From: Bradymonadia bacterium
GTDB lineage: Bacteria > Myxococcota_A > Bradymonadia > UBA7976 > UBA1532
Direction of reading: 5' to 3'
Assembly: GCA_046290225.1 (NCBI GenBank)
Contig: JBKAGE010000042.1
Coordinates: forward strand, 32,001 to 96,000
Length of the DNA: 64,000 nt
This document shows positions 33,140 through 43,821 of the stretch, piece by piece; within the stretch, counting starts at the first letter, position 1, and the number at the start of each line of letters is the position of its first letter. The notes under the pieces are model-generated. The model did not search any database. It was not told where the DNA came from and saw only the letters and a program-made list of their open reading frames with translations. Made by a program: the position numbers and the translations under genes.

Positions 33140-33669
33140 GCCGTGGTTACCGCCTGCGCCTGCCCACTCGGCCAGTGGTCCGGTCCGAGAAGGACGTGAA
33201 CACCTCTGACGCCCTGTCGATGCAGGTTGATCTCCTGCCGATCTTGTCGCCCGAGGAGATGTCGACGCTGCTGCGGCAAGCCCTCATCGCACAAGGCTGG
33301 TCAGAAAAAGGGGATCGCGTGGTGCTCAATCAGGACGGGGTGCAGATCGCCCTCGAACCTGATGGGCGATCCATTGTCATCAAGGGCACACGCTCAGCAC
33401 GAGTGACAGGTACAGCCACCGACAAGGCCTCTGCACAGGCCGCGGCAAAACTTCAGGCTGAGCGGGCGAAGGCGTCGATGTCGCAGACATTGGCCAAAGA
33501 TCTGCTGAAAACTGAAGCAGCGGTCCGCGAAGCCATCGAGAAGGCGCTTCAGGGGGTGTACGTCGAGGCGCTCAAGCGCAAGGCGGCCTCGATGGGAGAG
33601 ATCGAGAGCGTGCACGAAGGCACGGGGGCCGATGGTCAGAGCGAGCTGACCATCAAGATCAAAGTGTAG
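33136..33669 (+). CDS. Hypothetical protein resembling an FtsH-ternary-system small component
   Basis: MSRxYRL start, LLPIL..EEM..LL..AL...GW, EALKRKAASMGEI, C-terminal LTIKIKV (family recalled, not searched). Confidence 0.6.
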   Translation: MSRGYRLRLPTRPVVRSEKDVNTSDALSMQVDLLPILSPEEMSTLLRQALIAQGWSEKGDRVVLNQDGVQIALEPDGRSIVIKGTRSARVTGTATDKASAQAAAKLQAERAKASMSQTLAKDLLKTEAAVREAIEKALQGVYVEALKRKAASMGEIESVHEGTGADGQSELTIKIKV

Positions 33670-33685
33670 CGCGTCACTGCTCTGC

Positions 33686-34438
33686 TCAGAGCGAGATCCC
33701 CGCACACTCGTCGAAGGCCTCGCCACAGTTCTCTTCCCGACATGACACGCAGGCCTCGCCGGCGGCGTCGATGATGCAATCACCCGCACAGTTGGCGATT
33801 GTGCAGTCAAAAACCTCAGCGAAACAGATCGCACACTCGGCCGACAAGCCGGTCTCGTCTGTGACGCACCCGCTGAAGCAGCTTGAGTCCTGACCGATAC
33901 AACCCAACGCACAGTTGGTGGTCACGTCATCGAAATTCTCCAGAGCAAGCGACTCGATGTCACCTGGGTTGTCGCAGGCACCGTCGCCGTCACCAATGCC
34001 TGCCCCGGCGCCGCCCATACCGACATCACCACCGGCACCCCCAGGCATCGGATCTCCGCCCACAGGCTCACCGCCAGCGCCACCGCTGCCACCGGGCAGT
34101 GGTTCTCCGCCGACGGGCTCTCCACCGATCGGCTCGCCGCCCACACCACCAGACCCTCCGGGTTGTGGCTCGCCGCCCTCGCCCCCAGCACCTCCAGGCA
34201 GAGGATCTCCACCCACAGGCTCTCCCCCGGAGCCGCCTGGGAGCGCGCCACCTCCGACGGGCTCTCCTCCAGAGCCACCCGGCAACGCACCGCCGCCCAC
34301 AGCCCCCGAGCCTGCTTCGCCACCAGCGCCTGCTGCCGCACCTCCGGAGCCCTCGCCGCCCGATTCACTGTCGTCGTCACAGGCCACGGGCCATACCGCC
34401 ATCGATGCCACAAGCACCCAGGCAAACTGCCGCTTCAT
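33686..34438 (-). CDS. Gly-rich, Cys-rich lipoprotein
   Basis: Lipobox PVAC, PGGSGGEPVGG repeats, Cys-rich C-terminal domain. Confidence 0.75.
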   Translation of the reverse strand: MKRQFAWVLVASMAVWPVACDDDSESGGEGSGGAAAGAGGEAGSGAVGGGALPGGSGGEPVGGGALPGGSGGEPVGGDPLPGGAGGEGGEPQPGGSGGVGGEPIGGEPVGGEPLPGGSGGAGGEPVGGDPMPGGAGGDVGMGGAGAGIGDGDGACDNPGDIESLALENFDDVTTNCALGCIGQDSSCFSGCVTDETGLSAECAICFAEVFDCTIANCAGDCIIDAAGEACVSCREENCGEAFDECAGISL

Positions 34439-34591
34439 ATGCTCTCCTCAGGCGCTGCCTGCGCCCTTCGGGGTCGACCCTGTGATCAACCCCACCTCTT
34501 GATTGTCTCGTGTGACTGAACGATACGGCAGACGAGTGATCGATTCACGCACGGTCGCTTATGGCACACGATCTGCTAATAGATTTTTGGT

Positions 34592-35755
34592 ATGCGCCGA
34601 CTGTTCACCATCATCCTGTTGTCGATCCTGCCGATGGCGTGCGGCGAGGGTGATGTGGACGTCGATCCTGGCGCAGACGCTTCGAGGGGCTTCAGCTCTG
34701 CTGATGCTCAACCTGTGCCTGATCCCGCTGACGTGGGCCCTGATGATCCGCCCATGATCGATCCGCTCGATGTGCATTTCGAGTCGATCACCCCCGAGGG
34801 CGAGCTGCCCGACGCCCGCTGGGGCTTCATGGTGGCCGATCGAGGTGACGGCACGGCCCTGCTCTTCGGGGGCACTGACTTCAGCCCTGATGATCACGAC
34901 AGCGAGGCTTTTGCCGACGTCTGGCACGTCGACACCCGCATCATGCCCCCACTCTTCATCCCGATCCCCACCGATGCCGGGCCTCGGCCTCGCTATATGG
35001 GCTGCGCAGCGTGGGATCCGATCGCTCAGAAAGCCCTCGTCGTCGGCGGCCGTGGGCTGCGATGGGGAGAAGAATTCGCCGAGACCTGGCAGCTCGACCC
35101 TGTAGAAGGTACCTGGCGTCTCCTGACGCTCCCCGAGCACCCGACGCACACCAAGGGGTGCACGCTCTCGTGGTCTGATCACCGCAATGCCTTCTACCTG
35201 TTCGGTGGGGCTCACGATCTCGACCTGAGCAACGAGACCTGGCTCTTCGATCCGGAGAACCCTGGCTGGCAACACCTCGACACGCCGAAGTCGCCCTCTG
35301 CCCGACGGGACGCGGTGTTGATGCCTCATGGCGATCATCACCTGCTCCTCATGGGCGGCGAGGCGTATGGCGTGCGGCACAGGTACGGGGTCGAGGTGGT
35401 CTGGCCTGACGACATGTGGCTGTTCGATGTGCGTACTGAGCGCTGGGCGCCGGTGGCGATCGAGGGTGAGCGGCCCCCTGGCCGCCGCGCCCCCTGGGTG
35501 AGCACCACTGAGCACGGGCTCTACATGGGCTTCGGCCTCAGTGGGGCATACGCCGACGAGGTGCACGGTGATTTGTGGTGGTTCGACTTCGAACACAGCA
35601 CCTGGACGCAGCTCGAGCTCGAGGATGGTCCTGAGGCCCGTGGGCTGACGGCGTGTCTGCCCGGCGGCCCCGGTGCTCTGGGGCTGATGTTCGGCGGGTT
35701 CGATCTCGAGGCGCCCAACGACGAGGTCTGGCAGCTCAAGCTGCGCATGCCCTGA
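34592..35755 (+). CDS. Kelch-repeat lipoprotein
   Basis: Repeated LFGG...W Kelch motifs; lipobox PMAC. Confidence 0.8.
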   Translation: MRRLFTIILLSILPMACGEGDVDVDPGADASRGFSSADAQPVPDPADVGPDDPPMIDPLDVHFESITPEGELPDARWGFMVADRGDGTALLFGGTDFSPDDHDSEAFADVWHVDTRIMPPLFIPIPTDAGPRPRYMGCAAWDPIAQKALVVGGRGLRWGEEFAETWQLDPVEGTWRLLTLPEHPTHTKGCTLSWSDHRNAFYLFGGAHDLDLSNETWLFDPENPGWQHLDTPKSPSARRDAVLMPHGDHHLLLMGGEAYGVRHRYGVEVVWPDDMWLFDVRTERWAPVAIEGERPPGRRAPWVSTTEHGLYMGFGLSGAYADEVHGDLWWFDFEHSTWTQLELEDGPEARGLTACLPGGPGALGLMFGGFDLEAPNDEVWQLKLRMP

Positions 35756-35787
35756 TCATGCTGCCGCGCCTCAGGGGGTGAAGTCGA

Positions 35788-36048
35788 TCAGGGTTTGATC
35801 GGCGCACCGGGCCGGTCTCGACGCGTTTTCCCTTTCAAAATCTGCGTACCCGGCGCGCTGAGTGTGTTCCCCTTCTGCCCCTTCAACACCTGAGTGCCCG
35901 GGGTGCCGAGGCGCCCGGTCTTCTGACCTTTCTTGGCCTGAACGGCCTGGGGTGCTTTCTCGGCCCGCTTCTGAGGCGGCGCGGCGAAGGCGGGGGCGCA
36001 TAGACCAGCGACAGCAAGGGCGGTGAGGGCAATTCGAATCGTCGACAT
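35788..36048 (-). CDS. Small basic secreted protein
   Basis: GAGGAG RBS, signal peptide, PGTQ(V/I)LKG repeat. Confidence 0.55.
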   Translation of the reverse strand: MSTIRIALTALAVAGLCAPAFAAPPQKRAEKAPQAVQAKKGQKTGRLGTPGTQVLKGQKGNTLSAPGTQILKGKTRRDRPGAPIKP

Positions 36049-36178
36049 GTACGTCTCCTCGGTCAATGGGGGTATCGAGGCCGCTCTGGCCCCATGAGAG
36101 ACGTATCGGTGTTCGGCTTGAGCGTGCCCACTGCTGGGTGGGTCGCCGGGGGGTCAGCCGCCATGGGCGGCAAGCGGG

Positions 36179-38950
36179 TCAGTCTGAGGACTGACCCACA
36201 GAATCCAGATCGATCACCACCCGAAACCCGATGCTGGACAGTCGCGTGGTGGGGTACTGGCCGAAGCGCCCCGCGGGATGACACAAGAACGCGTACAGAT
36301 TCCACGATCCGCCTCGGATCGCCCTCTGGTGCTCGTCGAACCACGACGAGGTCCATTCTCTGACACCGCCCGCCATGTCGTGCACCCCATAGGGCGAGAT
36401 GTCGGAGGCGAACTTGCCCACCGGCTGAGGGGTGGGCGGGCCCTCTGCAGAGCCGCGAATGCAGCAGAAGGTCGGATCGAAATGATCGCCCCACGGAAAC
36501 ACCCGGCCATCAGTGCCACGGGCGGCCTTCTCCCATTCGGACTCGGTGGGCAGGCGATGGGTCCAGCCGGTGCGGGCGGTGCGCCACGCGCAGTAGGCCT
36601 CGGCGTCGACGACGTTGACGTTGAGCACGGGCCAGTCGGGCAGCCACCGATCGCCCTCTTCGTCTTCTTCAGGCAACAGCCACCGGCCGTGCTCATCTTG
36701 TCGCCAGAGCGGCTCTTGCTCTTGCGGTACGTGCTGGCGGGCGAGTTCGGGGCTCAAATCATCGAGGAAGGCCTGATATTCGGCGCACGTCACCGGCAAT
36801 TTGCTGATGGCGAAGGCGCCGACGGGGATCAGCCCCGAGGGCAATGGCATGACCGCCTGAGGATCGTGCCCTCGCAAGAAGCTGCCCCCTGAGATCATGA
36901 CAAAGCCGGCCTCTTCGAGGGTCTTGGGGGCCATGTTGATCTCGAAGCTCAACTCGTCACCCTGCCACGCGGTGACGGGCAACCGCGCGGGGGCATGCCC
37001 TGGCGCGGTGATCTCGAGCAATACGCGGCCCACGGGGAGCGGATAGCCCTTGAGCGGGGTCTGGCCAAGCACTCGAGGCTGCATGGCCACGAGCTGTCGA
37101 TCGCGATCGACGTACCGGTAGAGCGTAACCTTGGCGCCTGGGGGATTGGTCTCCAAGGAGAGCGGCACCACCTGCGCGAGTCGATCCTGGTAATCGCCGT
37201 CGTCGTATCGCGCCACGGCGTTGATGTGTCGTCGGGCGCCAAGGGCGTCGAATCGGTCCCGAGCACGCCGGTACTGGTCCCAGTGCATGCGGGCAAGGTG
37301 CCCGCGGGCTTCGCTGTGATCGACCACGTGCTCCAGCGCCTGAGTGAACTTGCGCTCAGCCCAGGTGTGGGCTTCGGCGAGCTCTTTCTCGAGCCAGGCC
37401 TGTCGATCTTCTTTCTCCCACCGCGCGCGTTTCTCTTCTTGGGGAGCATGGGCCCCTGGCGGTGGTGTGGTGGCGAGCAGCTCGGTGAGCCCCGCGAGCT
37501 CGTCGGCGATCATGCCGGTGTACCAGAGCGTCTCTTCGCCTTCTTGCACCAGCCGCTGGGCCTCTTCGGTGCGGCGGGCGTTCTCCCGTGCACCGTTCAA
37601 GTACCTCTCGATGTCGTCGTAGAGGGCACGGGCGGTGGGGTACCGCGCCTCTCGCTCTCGCTGAAGCGCCCGGAGACAAATCTCTTCGAGATCGGGCGGC
37701 ACCTCTCGCTCTGGGGCGCGCTGCCTCGGGGGCACCACGGGCTGACGCACTGTGGCCATCAAGATGGCGAGGGGGGTGGCCCCGGCGTGGGGTGAGCTGC
37801 CGGTCAGGATCTCGTAGAGCACCGCCCCGAGGGCCCACACATCGGTCCGCCGATCGACGAGGGAGACGTCGCCGGTGGCCTGCTCCGGGGCCATATACCC
37901 TGGGGTGCCGAAGATGGCCCCCGCCTGGGTCTGAGCGCTGTCGCCGGTGAGGGAGATGGGGGTGGCTGGCGTGAGCGTCGGTGAAAACGGCTCTGCCTCC
38001 CCATGGACCAGAGGCAGATTGCCTTCGTCGAGGATCTTGGCGATGCCCCAATCCATGACCAGGGCCTCACCAAAGTCTCCGATCATGATGTTGTCGGGCT
38101 TGAGATCTCGATGGATCACGCCCTTGGCGTGGGCATAGTCGACGCCCAGGCACACCTGGCTGAACAGCTGCAGCATACGGAACCGGGTGAACTCGGCCTG
38201 GAGCGCAGCGTCGCCGCCGTTGAGGGCCTCGAGCAGCTCTTTGAGTGATCGCCCCCTCACCCGCTCCATGGCGAAGTAGGGCCGGCCGTCGTCACAGGTG
38301 CCGATCTCGTACACGGGCACCACGCTGGGGTGCTCGAGCTGAGCGGTGGTCTGAGCTTCGGCGAAGAACCGGGCCTTCATCCGCGTGGGGGCCTCGGCGG
38401 CGCTGAGGATCTTCACCGCCACCTGCCGACCCATCAGCCGATCGTCGGCGGCCATGACCACACCCGCGCCGCCACGGCCGAGCTCTTCGGTGACGGTATA
38501 TCGTCGGTTGAAGGCCCGGCCATCGGGGGCAAGGGCCAGCAGCTGATCGGAGGAGACGCTCAATCCCAGATCGGGCGCAGGTTTCTCCGGAGGCCCTACA
38601 GTGTCGGATCCGCCGAGATCGAGCACCACCGGATCTTCTGCGGCGAGTGTGGCCTCTCCCGAGGGGTCGTCGAAGTCTTCCGGGGCCATGGTGCTGGCCA
38701 TCGAAAGATCGGGCTGCACCGTGTCGTGCTCGCCATGACCCAGATCGCCATAGGCAAGGGTAGAGGGCCTCACCTGCCGGCCGAGGGCGGCGAGGGTGAC
38801 CTCGTCCACGAGGCCCCATCGGCTCATGAGGGCGCGGGGGTCTTCGCCGGTGGTGCCTGCCGTGTGGGCCACCTCCACCATCTGCTGATCGGTGAGCAGG
38901 CCTTGAGCCTTGGCGGCGAGGAGAAGTTGAAGTTCTTCCGCTGGGATCAT
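36179..38950 (-). CDS. Ser/Thr protein kinase fused to a formylglycine-generating-enzyme (FGE) domain
   Basis: LGRGGAG, HRDLKPDN, DWG, GTPGYMAPEQ; RLPTESEWEKAARG, DMAGGVREW, IGFR. Confidence 0.92.
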   Translation of the reverse strand: MIPAEELQLLLAAKAQGLLTDQQMVEVAHTAGTTGEDPRALMSRWGLVDEVTLAALGRQVRPSTLAYGDLGHGEHDTVQPDLSMASTMAPEDFDDPSGEATLAAEDPVVLDLGGSDTVGPPEKPAPDLGLSVSSDQLLALAPDGRAFNRRYTVTEELGRGGAGVVMAADDRLMGRQVAVKILSAAEAPTRMKARFFAEAQTTAQLEHPSVVPVYEIGTCDDGRPYFAMERVRGRSLKELLEALNGGDAALQAEFTRFRMLQLFSQVCLGVDYAHAKGVIHRDLKPDNIMIGDFGEALVMDWGIAKILDEGNLPLVHGEAEPFSPTLTPATPISLTGDSAQTQAGAIFGTPGYMAPEQATGDVSLVDRRTDVWALGAVLYEILTGSSPHAGATPLAILMATVRQPVVPPRQRAPEREVPPDLEEICLRALQREREARYPTARALYDDIERYLNGARENARRTEEAQRLVQEGEETLWYTGMIADELAGLTELLATTPPPGAHAPQEEKRARWEKEDRQAWLEKELAEAHTWAERKFTQALEHVVDHSEARGHLARMHWDQYRRARDRFDALGARRHINAVARYDDGDYQDRLAQVVPLSLETNPPGAKVTLYRYVDRDRQLVAMQPRVLGQTPLKGYPLPVGRVLLEITAPGHAPARLPVTAWQGDELSFEINMAPKTLEEAGFVMISGGSFLRGHDPQAVMPLPSGLIPVGAFAISKLPVTCAEYQAFLDDLSPELARQHVPQEQEPLWRQDEHGRWLLPEEDEEGDRWLPDWPVLNVNVVDAEAYCAWRTARTGWTHRLPTESEWEKAARGTDGRVFPWGDHFDPTFCCIRGSAEGPPTPQPVGKFASDISPYGVHDMAGGVREWTSSWFDEHQRAIRGGSWNLYAFLCHPAGRFGQYPTTRLSSIGFRVVIDLDSVGQSSD

Positions 38951-39027
38951 GTCCGGGTGTTTGCGGCGTTGATGCGCATCGCCGTAGGGTACCAACTCGA
39001 AAAGAGATTCGCCACGAAGGGGGCACC

Positions 39028-39585
39028 ATGATCACGCAGACGAGGTTCTTCTGGCCACTGGCCTTGATCGCAGCCCTCGCGCTCAACACCGGCTGCGCCG
39101 TCAAATCAGACACGATCCTCGCTGATCAAGACAGCGGCACCTCCTTTCAAGAGGGCAGCAACCGCGGCGTGCCCACTGCGGACACGATCACGGCGTACGA
39201 CGGCTGCGACGTCGATCTCACCTGCTCTGCAGACTGCGCTGAAGATCTCGACTGCGCCCCCGGCGTCGCAGAGGCAGACGCAGGCGTGGAGACCCTCGCA
39301 CCTGAAGGCCCAGACCCACTCGTAGACGAGCAGATGGTCACGGTAGCCCCCAACGAGAGCCACTGGTGGTCGGGCACCCTGAGCGGCACGGTGGTGGTGG
39401 GGGCCCAGGACGCCGACGGGGTGATCACCCTGGCGGCATATGACGACGCTGGGGCTCTCCTCGCCCGCAGCACTGATCAGGCAGCGATGGTCCTCGATCT
39501 CGAAGCCGAAACGCAGGTGCTGGTCCGTGCGGCCTCGCCGGGGGGCGAAGTGGCCTTCGTGCTCCGGGTGATCCCCGCCGAATGA
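39028..39585 (+). CDS. Hypothetical lipoprotein
   Basis: Lipobox NTGC, short Cys-rich motif. Confidence 0.65.
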   Translation: MITQTRFFWPLALIAALALNTGCAVKSDTILADQDSGTSFQEGSNRGVPTADTITAYDGCDVDLTCSADCAEDLDCAPGVAEADAGVETLAPEGPDPLVDEQMVTVAPNESHWWSGTLSGTVVVGAQDADGVITLAAYDDAGALLARSTDQAAMVLDLEAETQVLVRAASPGGEVAFVLRVIPAE

Positions 39586-39757
39586 GACCCTGCGGCAACC
39601 TGACAGACACCTGACCTGGGCGCTTGCACGACTTCTGCACATTTTCGCCTCGACCTCGCCCCACCCTCGCCCGGGTTTGAGCACACCACCCCTCTAAGCT
39701 CACTGACAGTCGACCCCACCGATGGGTGCTCGCAGTTGATGCTGACAGGAGGTGTTT

Positions 39758-40459
39758 ATGACCACGGCCACGCTCGACCCATCTTCGGAGGCTCCCTCGT
39801 CGGAATCTCCATCACCTGAGGCCCCGTCACCCACAGCGCAGGCATCTGAGCCTGCCCAGGGCACAGCAGCGCCGGCGTCAGAGGCGCGTAGACACGCACC
39901 GCCCCCGCCTGAGCGCCCGAAGCTGCCAGCATCGGCCTATGACATCGAGGCCAGCGGTCAGCGCATCGCTGCAGGTGTATGTGGCGCCGCCCTCGTGGGC
40001 GCCACCCTGGGCATGGGCGGCGGGCCCATGTCGAGCCTGGCCCTCGCCGCAGCCCTGCCAGCCATCTGGCTCGGTGTGGCAGCCCTCACTGCCCCGGCGC
40101 TCTACATCGGCTCGGCCTTCGTCGGGGTGGCTCCGGCGCCCAGTCGGATCTTCGGCGCCCTCAAGCGCGGCCTCGCTGACACCGGCCTAGTGCTCCTGGG
40201 GCTTGCCCCGGCGCTGTTGCTGATGTCCGCCACGAGCGGCGAGCGCATGGCGCGAGAGCTCTTGAGCCTGGCCACCATCGTCTTTGGCGCAGTCTTGGGG
40301 CTCTGGATGGTCTACCCCCGTCTCTTCGGGCCCATGGAGACCTCTCCAGAGGCCGACGACATCATCCGTTGGCGCTCCCGCGGGTTGTGGGTGGGCTGGT
40401 CGGTGATCTGCCTCGGCATTGGCGCCCACATGCTCTTTCGTGTCGCCACGGCGCTCTGA
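39758..40459 (+). CDS. Membrane protein (paralog-like to 40507-41319)
   Basis: AGGAGG RBS; about 5 TM segments, GATLGM and TxPA motifs. Confidence 0.7.
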   Translation: MTTATLDPSSEAPSSESPSPEAPSPTAQASEPAQGTAAPASEARRHAPPPPERPKLPASAYDIEASGQRIAAGVCGAALVGATLGMGGGPMSSLALAAALPAIWLGVAALTAPALYIGSAFVGVAPAPSRIFGALKRGLADTGLVLLGLAPALLLMSATSGERMARELLSLATIVFGAVLGLWMVYPRLFGPMETSPEADDIIRWRSRGLWVGWSVICLGIGAHMLFRVATAL

Positions 40460-40506
40460 TTCACACCGCCCCGATACCGCCCCAATTCATGCAGTGAGGA
40501 AAGACG

Positions 40507-41319
40507 ATGCACGCAACGGCAACGCCCGATCTCGACACGACGCCGACACAGGCGCCACCCTCTGATGGTGCATGGAGCGCCCTAGGTCTCATCGACGACC
40601 TGCTGCGCAACCGCACCGCGGCCCTGAACACGCTCGAAGATCCTGCAACGACGGCCCAGAGCGCCCGCACCCTGGTCACCACCATCATCCTGGGCACGGG
40701 GGTGCTCGGCGCCACCCTGGGCATGTACCGCGGCGGCTGGCAGGTGCTCTACGCCGCGGTGAAGTTGCCCCTGGTGGTCCTGCTCACAGCAGGCTTCTGC
40801 ACCCCCGCCTTCTCGGCGATGCAGGCGGCCCTTCACGGTCGTACCCGCATCCGCCGTGATCTGCTGGTGGTCCTGGGCACCCTGGCGCTGTCGAGCATGC
40901 TCGGCGCCGCCTGCGCCCCCCTGCTCATGCTGGCCATGAGCGTGCAGGTGAACTACCACACGCTGACTCTGCTCACGGTGATGTGCTGTGCCGTGGCCGG
41001 GGCCGGCGGGCTGACGTTCTTCTTCGGCGCTCTGAAACGCTGGGTGGGCAGCCGCCAGAAGCTCATGGCGCTGACCTTGTTCCTGGTTTTCTCTTCTGTG
41101 GGCAGCCAGATGACGTGGACCCTGCGGCCCTTCCTGGTGCGACCCCGTACAGTGGAGGTGCCCTTCGTCCGCGGGATCGAAGGTGGCTTCGTCGACGCGG
41201 TGCTGCAGTCGCTCGACTCTGCTCAAGGGCGCTACCGCAGGGGCGCTGCCCCTCTGCCCGACGCCGAGTACGACCGCTCCGAGCAATGGCGCCAGGAGCG
41301 CCGTGAGGATGCACGATGA
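40507..41319 (+). CDS. Conserved membrane protein
   Basis: GATLGMY, YAAVKLPL, VGSQMTWTLRPF motifs. Confidence 0.75.
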   Translation: MHATATPDLDTTPTQAPPSDGAWSALGLIDDLLRNRTAALNTLEDPATTAQSARTLVTTIILGTGVLGATLGMYRGGWQVLYAAVKLPLVVLLTAGFCTPAFSAMQAALHGRTRIRRDLLVVLGTLALSSMLGAACAPLLMLAMSVQVNYHTLTLLTVMCCAVAGAGGLTFFFGALKRWVGSRQKLMALTLFLVFSSVGSQMTWTLRPFLVRPRTVEVPFVRGIEGGFVDAVLQSLDSAQGRYRRGAAPLPDAEYDRSEQWRQERREDAR

Positions 41320-41999
41320 TCTTCGAAGCCCTGGCTGTACTCTATCTGGGCGTGGGCCTGGGCTGGGCAGCAGCGGTGATCTGTCTGAAACGCCCCACTG
41401 CCGCCGAGGGCTTTGTGGAGGTGGCGCTTCTGGTGCCCTTCTGGCCGGTGTACGGGCCCTTCATGGCGCCGCTGAGCGAGGCGGCCATCCCCGTGCCGGC
41501 GTCTGCGCAGACGCCCTCTGAAGATGCCCCTCTCCTGCACACTTTGAGGCTGGCTCAGGGGGCGCCTCTCGCAGCGCTGCTGCCCGACGAGGGTCAGGCC
41601 CGCCGCCTCGTGGCTCAGATCGAAGCGGCGGTGCGCCGTGTAGAAGAGATTGACCATCTGCTCGCTGATCCCGACTTCTGCGCAGAGTCGGTGCAGGGGC
41701 GCATCGTGACCCTCGAGTCAGCAGGGCGCGCAGGTGCAGCCCGGGCGGCCCGGGGCAACCTCAAGAACATCGAGCGCCTCGAGCGCCTGAGATCACGCAC
41801 CCTCGAGGAGCTGGACGAAGTGGCCGAGCTGATGCGGCAACTGCGATTGCAAGCTGAGGTGTTGAGGCTGTCAGGGGAGCGGGCGGGTCAGCAACGCGGC
41901 GATCTGGCCCGGGCGCTGATGGCCCGAGTCGAAGGTCTGGAGGGGGTACTGGAAGACGACGTGCTCGGCCTCAACGGGGCCAGCGCGATTGCCCCTTGA
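41316..41999 (+). CDS. Hypothetical membrane-anchored coiled-coil protein
   Basis: N-terminal TM hairpin with FWPVYGP, then heptad-like helices; ATGA coupling. Confidence 0.7.
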   Translation: MIFEALAVLYLGVGLGWAAAVICLKRPTAAEGFVEVALLVPFWPVYGPFMAPLSEAAIPVPASAQTPSEDAPLLHTLRLAQGAPLAALLPDEGQARRLVAQIEAAVRRVEEIDHLLADPDFCAESVQGRIVTLESAGRAGAARAARGNLKNIERLERLRSRTLEELDEVAELMRQLRLQAEVLRLSGERAGQQRGDLARALMARVEGLEGVLEDDVLGLNGASAIAP

Positions 42000-42005
42000 G
42001 GCGCA

Positions 42006-43749
42006 TCAGCGCCAGATGCTCTGGGCGCGTCGCACGAGCTGGATGAACTCGATGCGATCGCCCAGGGGCTCGTCTTCTCGGGTGGCCAGCCCGATGACCT
42101 CGTCGAACAGATCACCCTCGCTGTGCTGGCTCCGGCGCAAAATCTCGGCAAACTCCGCTACGGCGAGCACGAACCGGAAGTCCTCGCTGAGATCGTCGAC
42201 GGCAGCCTGCAACGCCCCGAGCTGCATGAAGGTGCTGAACTCGATGCCGGGTCGATCAGGATCCCCCTCGGGGGTCTTGTACCGGAACCGCACCTCGGCG
42301 AGGGTCTCGTTCGGGCCGGGCTCCGGCTCACCCTCTTCGGTCTCGGCGAGCTCGATCTCGTAGAGCGCGGTCACAAAGTGGCCTGAGCCGATCTCACCGG
42401 CGTCCACGGTGTCGTCGCGGAAGTCCTGGTGGTCGAGCACCCGGTTCTCGTACCCCACGAGGCGGAACCGCTCCACCCGCAGCGGGTTGAACTCCACCTG
42501 AATCTTCACATCCTTGGCGATGACCTGCAGCGTGCTCACGAGCCGCTCACCCAAGACCCGCAGGGCCTCGTTCCGGCTGTCGACGAAGGCGTAGTTGCCA
42601 TCGGCGCGGTTGGTCAGATCTTCGAGGAAGCTGTCGTTGAACTGGTAGCCGTAGCCGAGCACGGTCATGTAGACCCCGCGATCACGCCACGACTCCACCT
42701 CTCGAATGAGAGGCTCGCCGGTGAGCCCCACGTTGAAGTCACCATCAGTGCACAGCACGACCCGATTGATGCCCCCTTCGACATAGGCCTGCTCGGCGAG
42801 GGCGTACGCCTCGCGCAGGCCGCCGGCGCCATTGGTACCACCCCCAGAGGTGAGGCCGTCGATGGCCTCAAAGATGATCCCCCGATCTTCGACGCGGGTG
42901 GGCTCAAGCAAGACAGTGTTCCGACCTGCATAGGTGACGATGGACAACGTGTCGTCGTGCTGCAGGCTGTTGGTGAGCAGCTTGAGCGAGTGCTGCACGA
43001 GGCCGAGCTTGTTGGGCGTGCTCATCGAGCCGGAGACGTCGATCAGGAACACCAGGTTGGCGGGATCTCGGTCTTCCGGTGCGATCTCCATGCCCTTGAT
43101 GCCGATCTTCATCATCTGCTTGCCCTCGCCGAAGGGCGAAGGGCCGGCCTCCATGTGCACGGAGAACGGGTGGGCATCGTCGGGCCTCGGAGAGGGGTAG
43201 TCGTAACGGAAGAAGTTGATGAACTCTTCGATGCGCACCGACGTGGGGATCGGCAATGCCTCGCGCCTCAGCTGGGCACGGGTGGCGGTGTAGCTCGCAG
43301 TGTCGACGTCGACGGAGAAAGTCGACAAGGCGTCTTCTTCGGCGTCGACGAAGTCATTCTCGACGAGATCGCCGGGCTGCGGCTGGTCGGGATCGTCCAC
43401 CTCATCCATGGGCGGTGGGGCACCGGCATCGGGCCCTGCTTGTGGCCCTCCGCCCATGCCTCCACCGCCCCCTGCGCCCCCGCCCCCACCGGCGCCCCCG
43501 CGTAACCCCGGCGCCAGCGTATCCTCCACCTGCTTCCCCGCCTCCACCGCCATAGTTGTCTTCATCGTAATAGCCGCCCCCGGCACCACCCCCAGCACCA
43601 GCGGCACCGCCCCCGGCACCGCCTGCATACTGACCGCCGCCGTCAGACGAGCCAGAGCTGCTGTCCGACTCGTTGTCGTCGCAGCCGGTGGTGAGACCCA
43701 CGACCGCGGCGAGCAATCCCAAAGCAAAGATGTGATTTCGTGAATTCAT
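42006..43749 (-). CDS. YfbK-like vWA lipoprotein (apparent frameshift near 43500)
   Basis: STFSVDVDTASY, DVSGSM MIDAS, TDGDFNVG, IAKDVKIQVEFNP; the signal peptide (TTGC) is in another frame. Confidence 0.85.
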
Positions 43750-43821
43750 GTGCGCTCTCCTGCAATGCCTGAGAGCACCAGAGGTACCTGTTCGAATTCC
43801 TTACAGGATTTTTTGAGCGCT

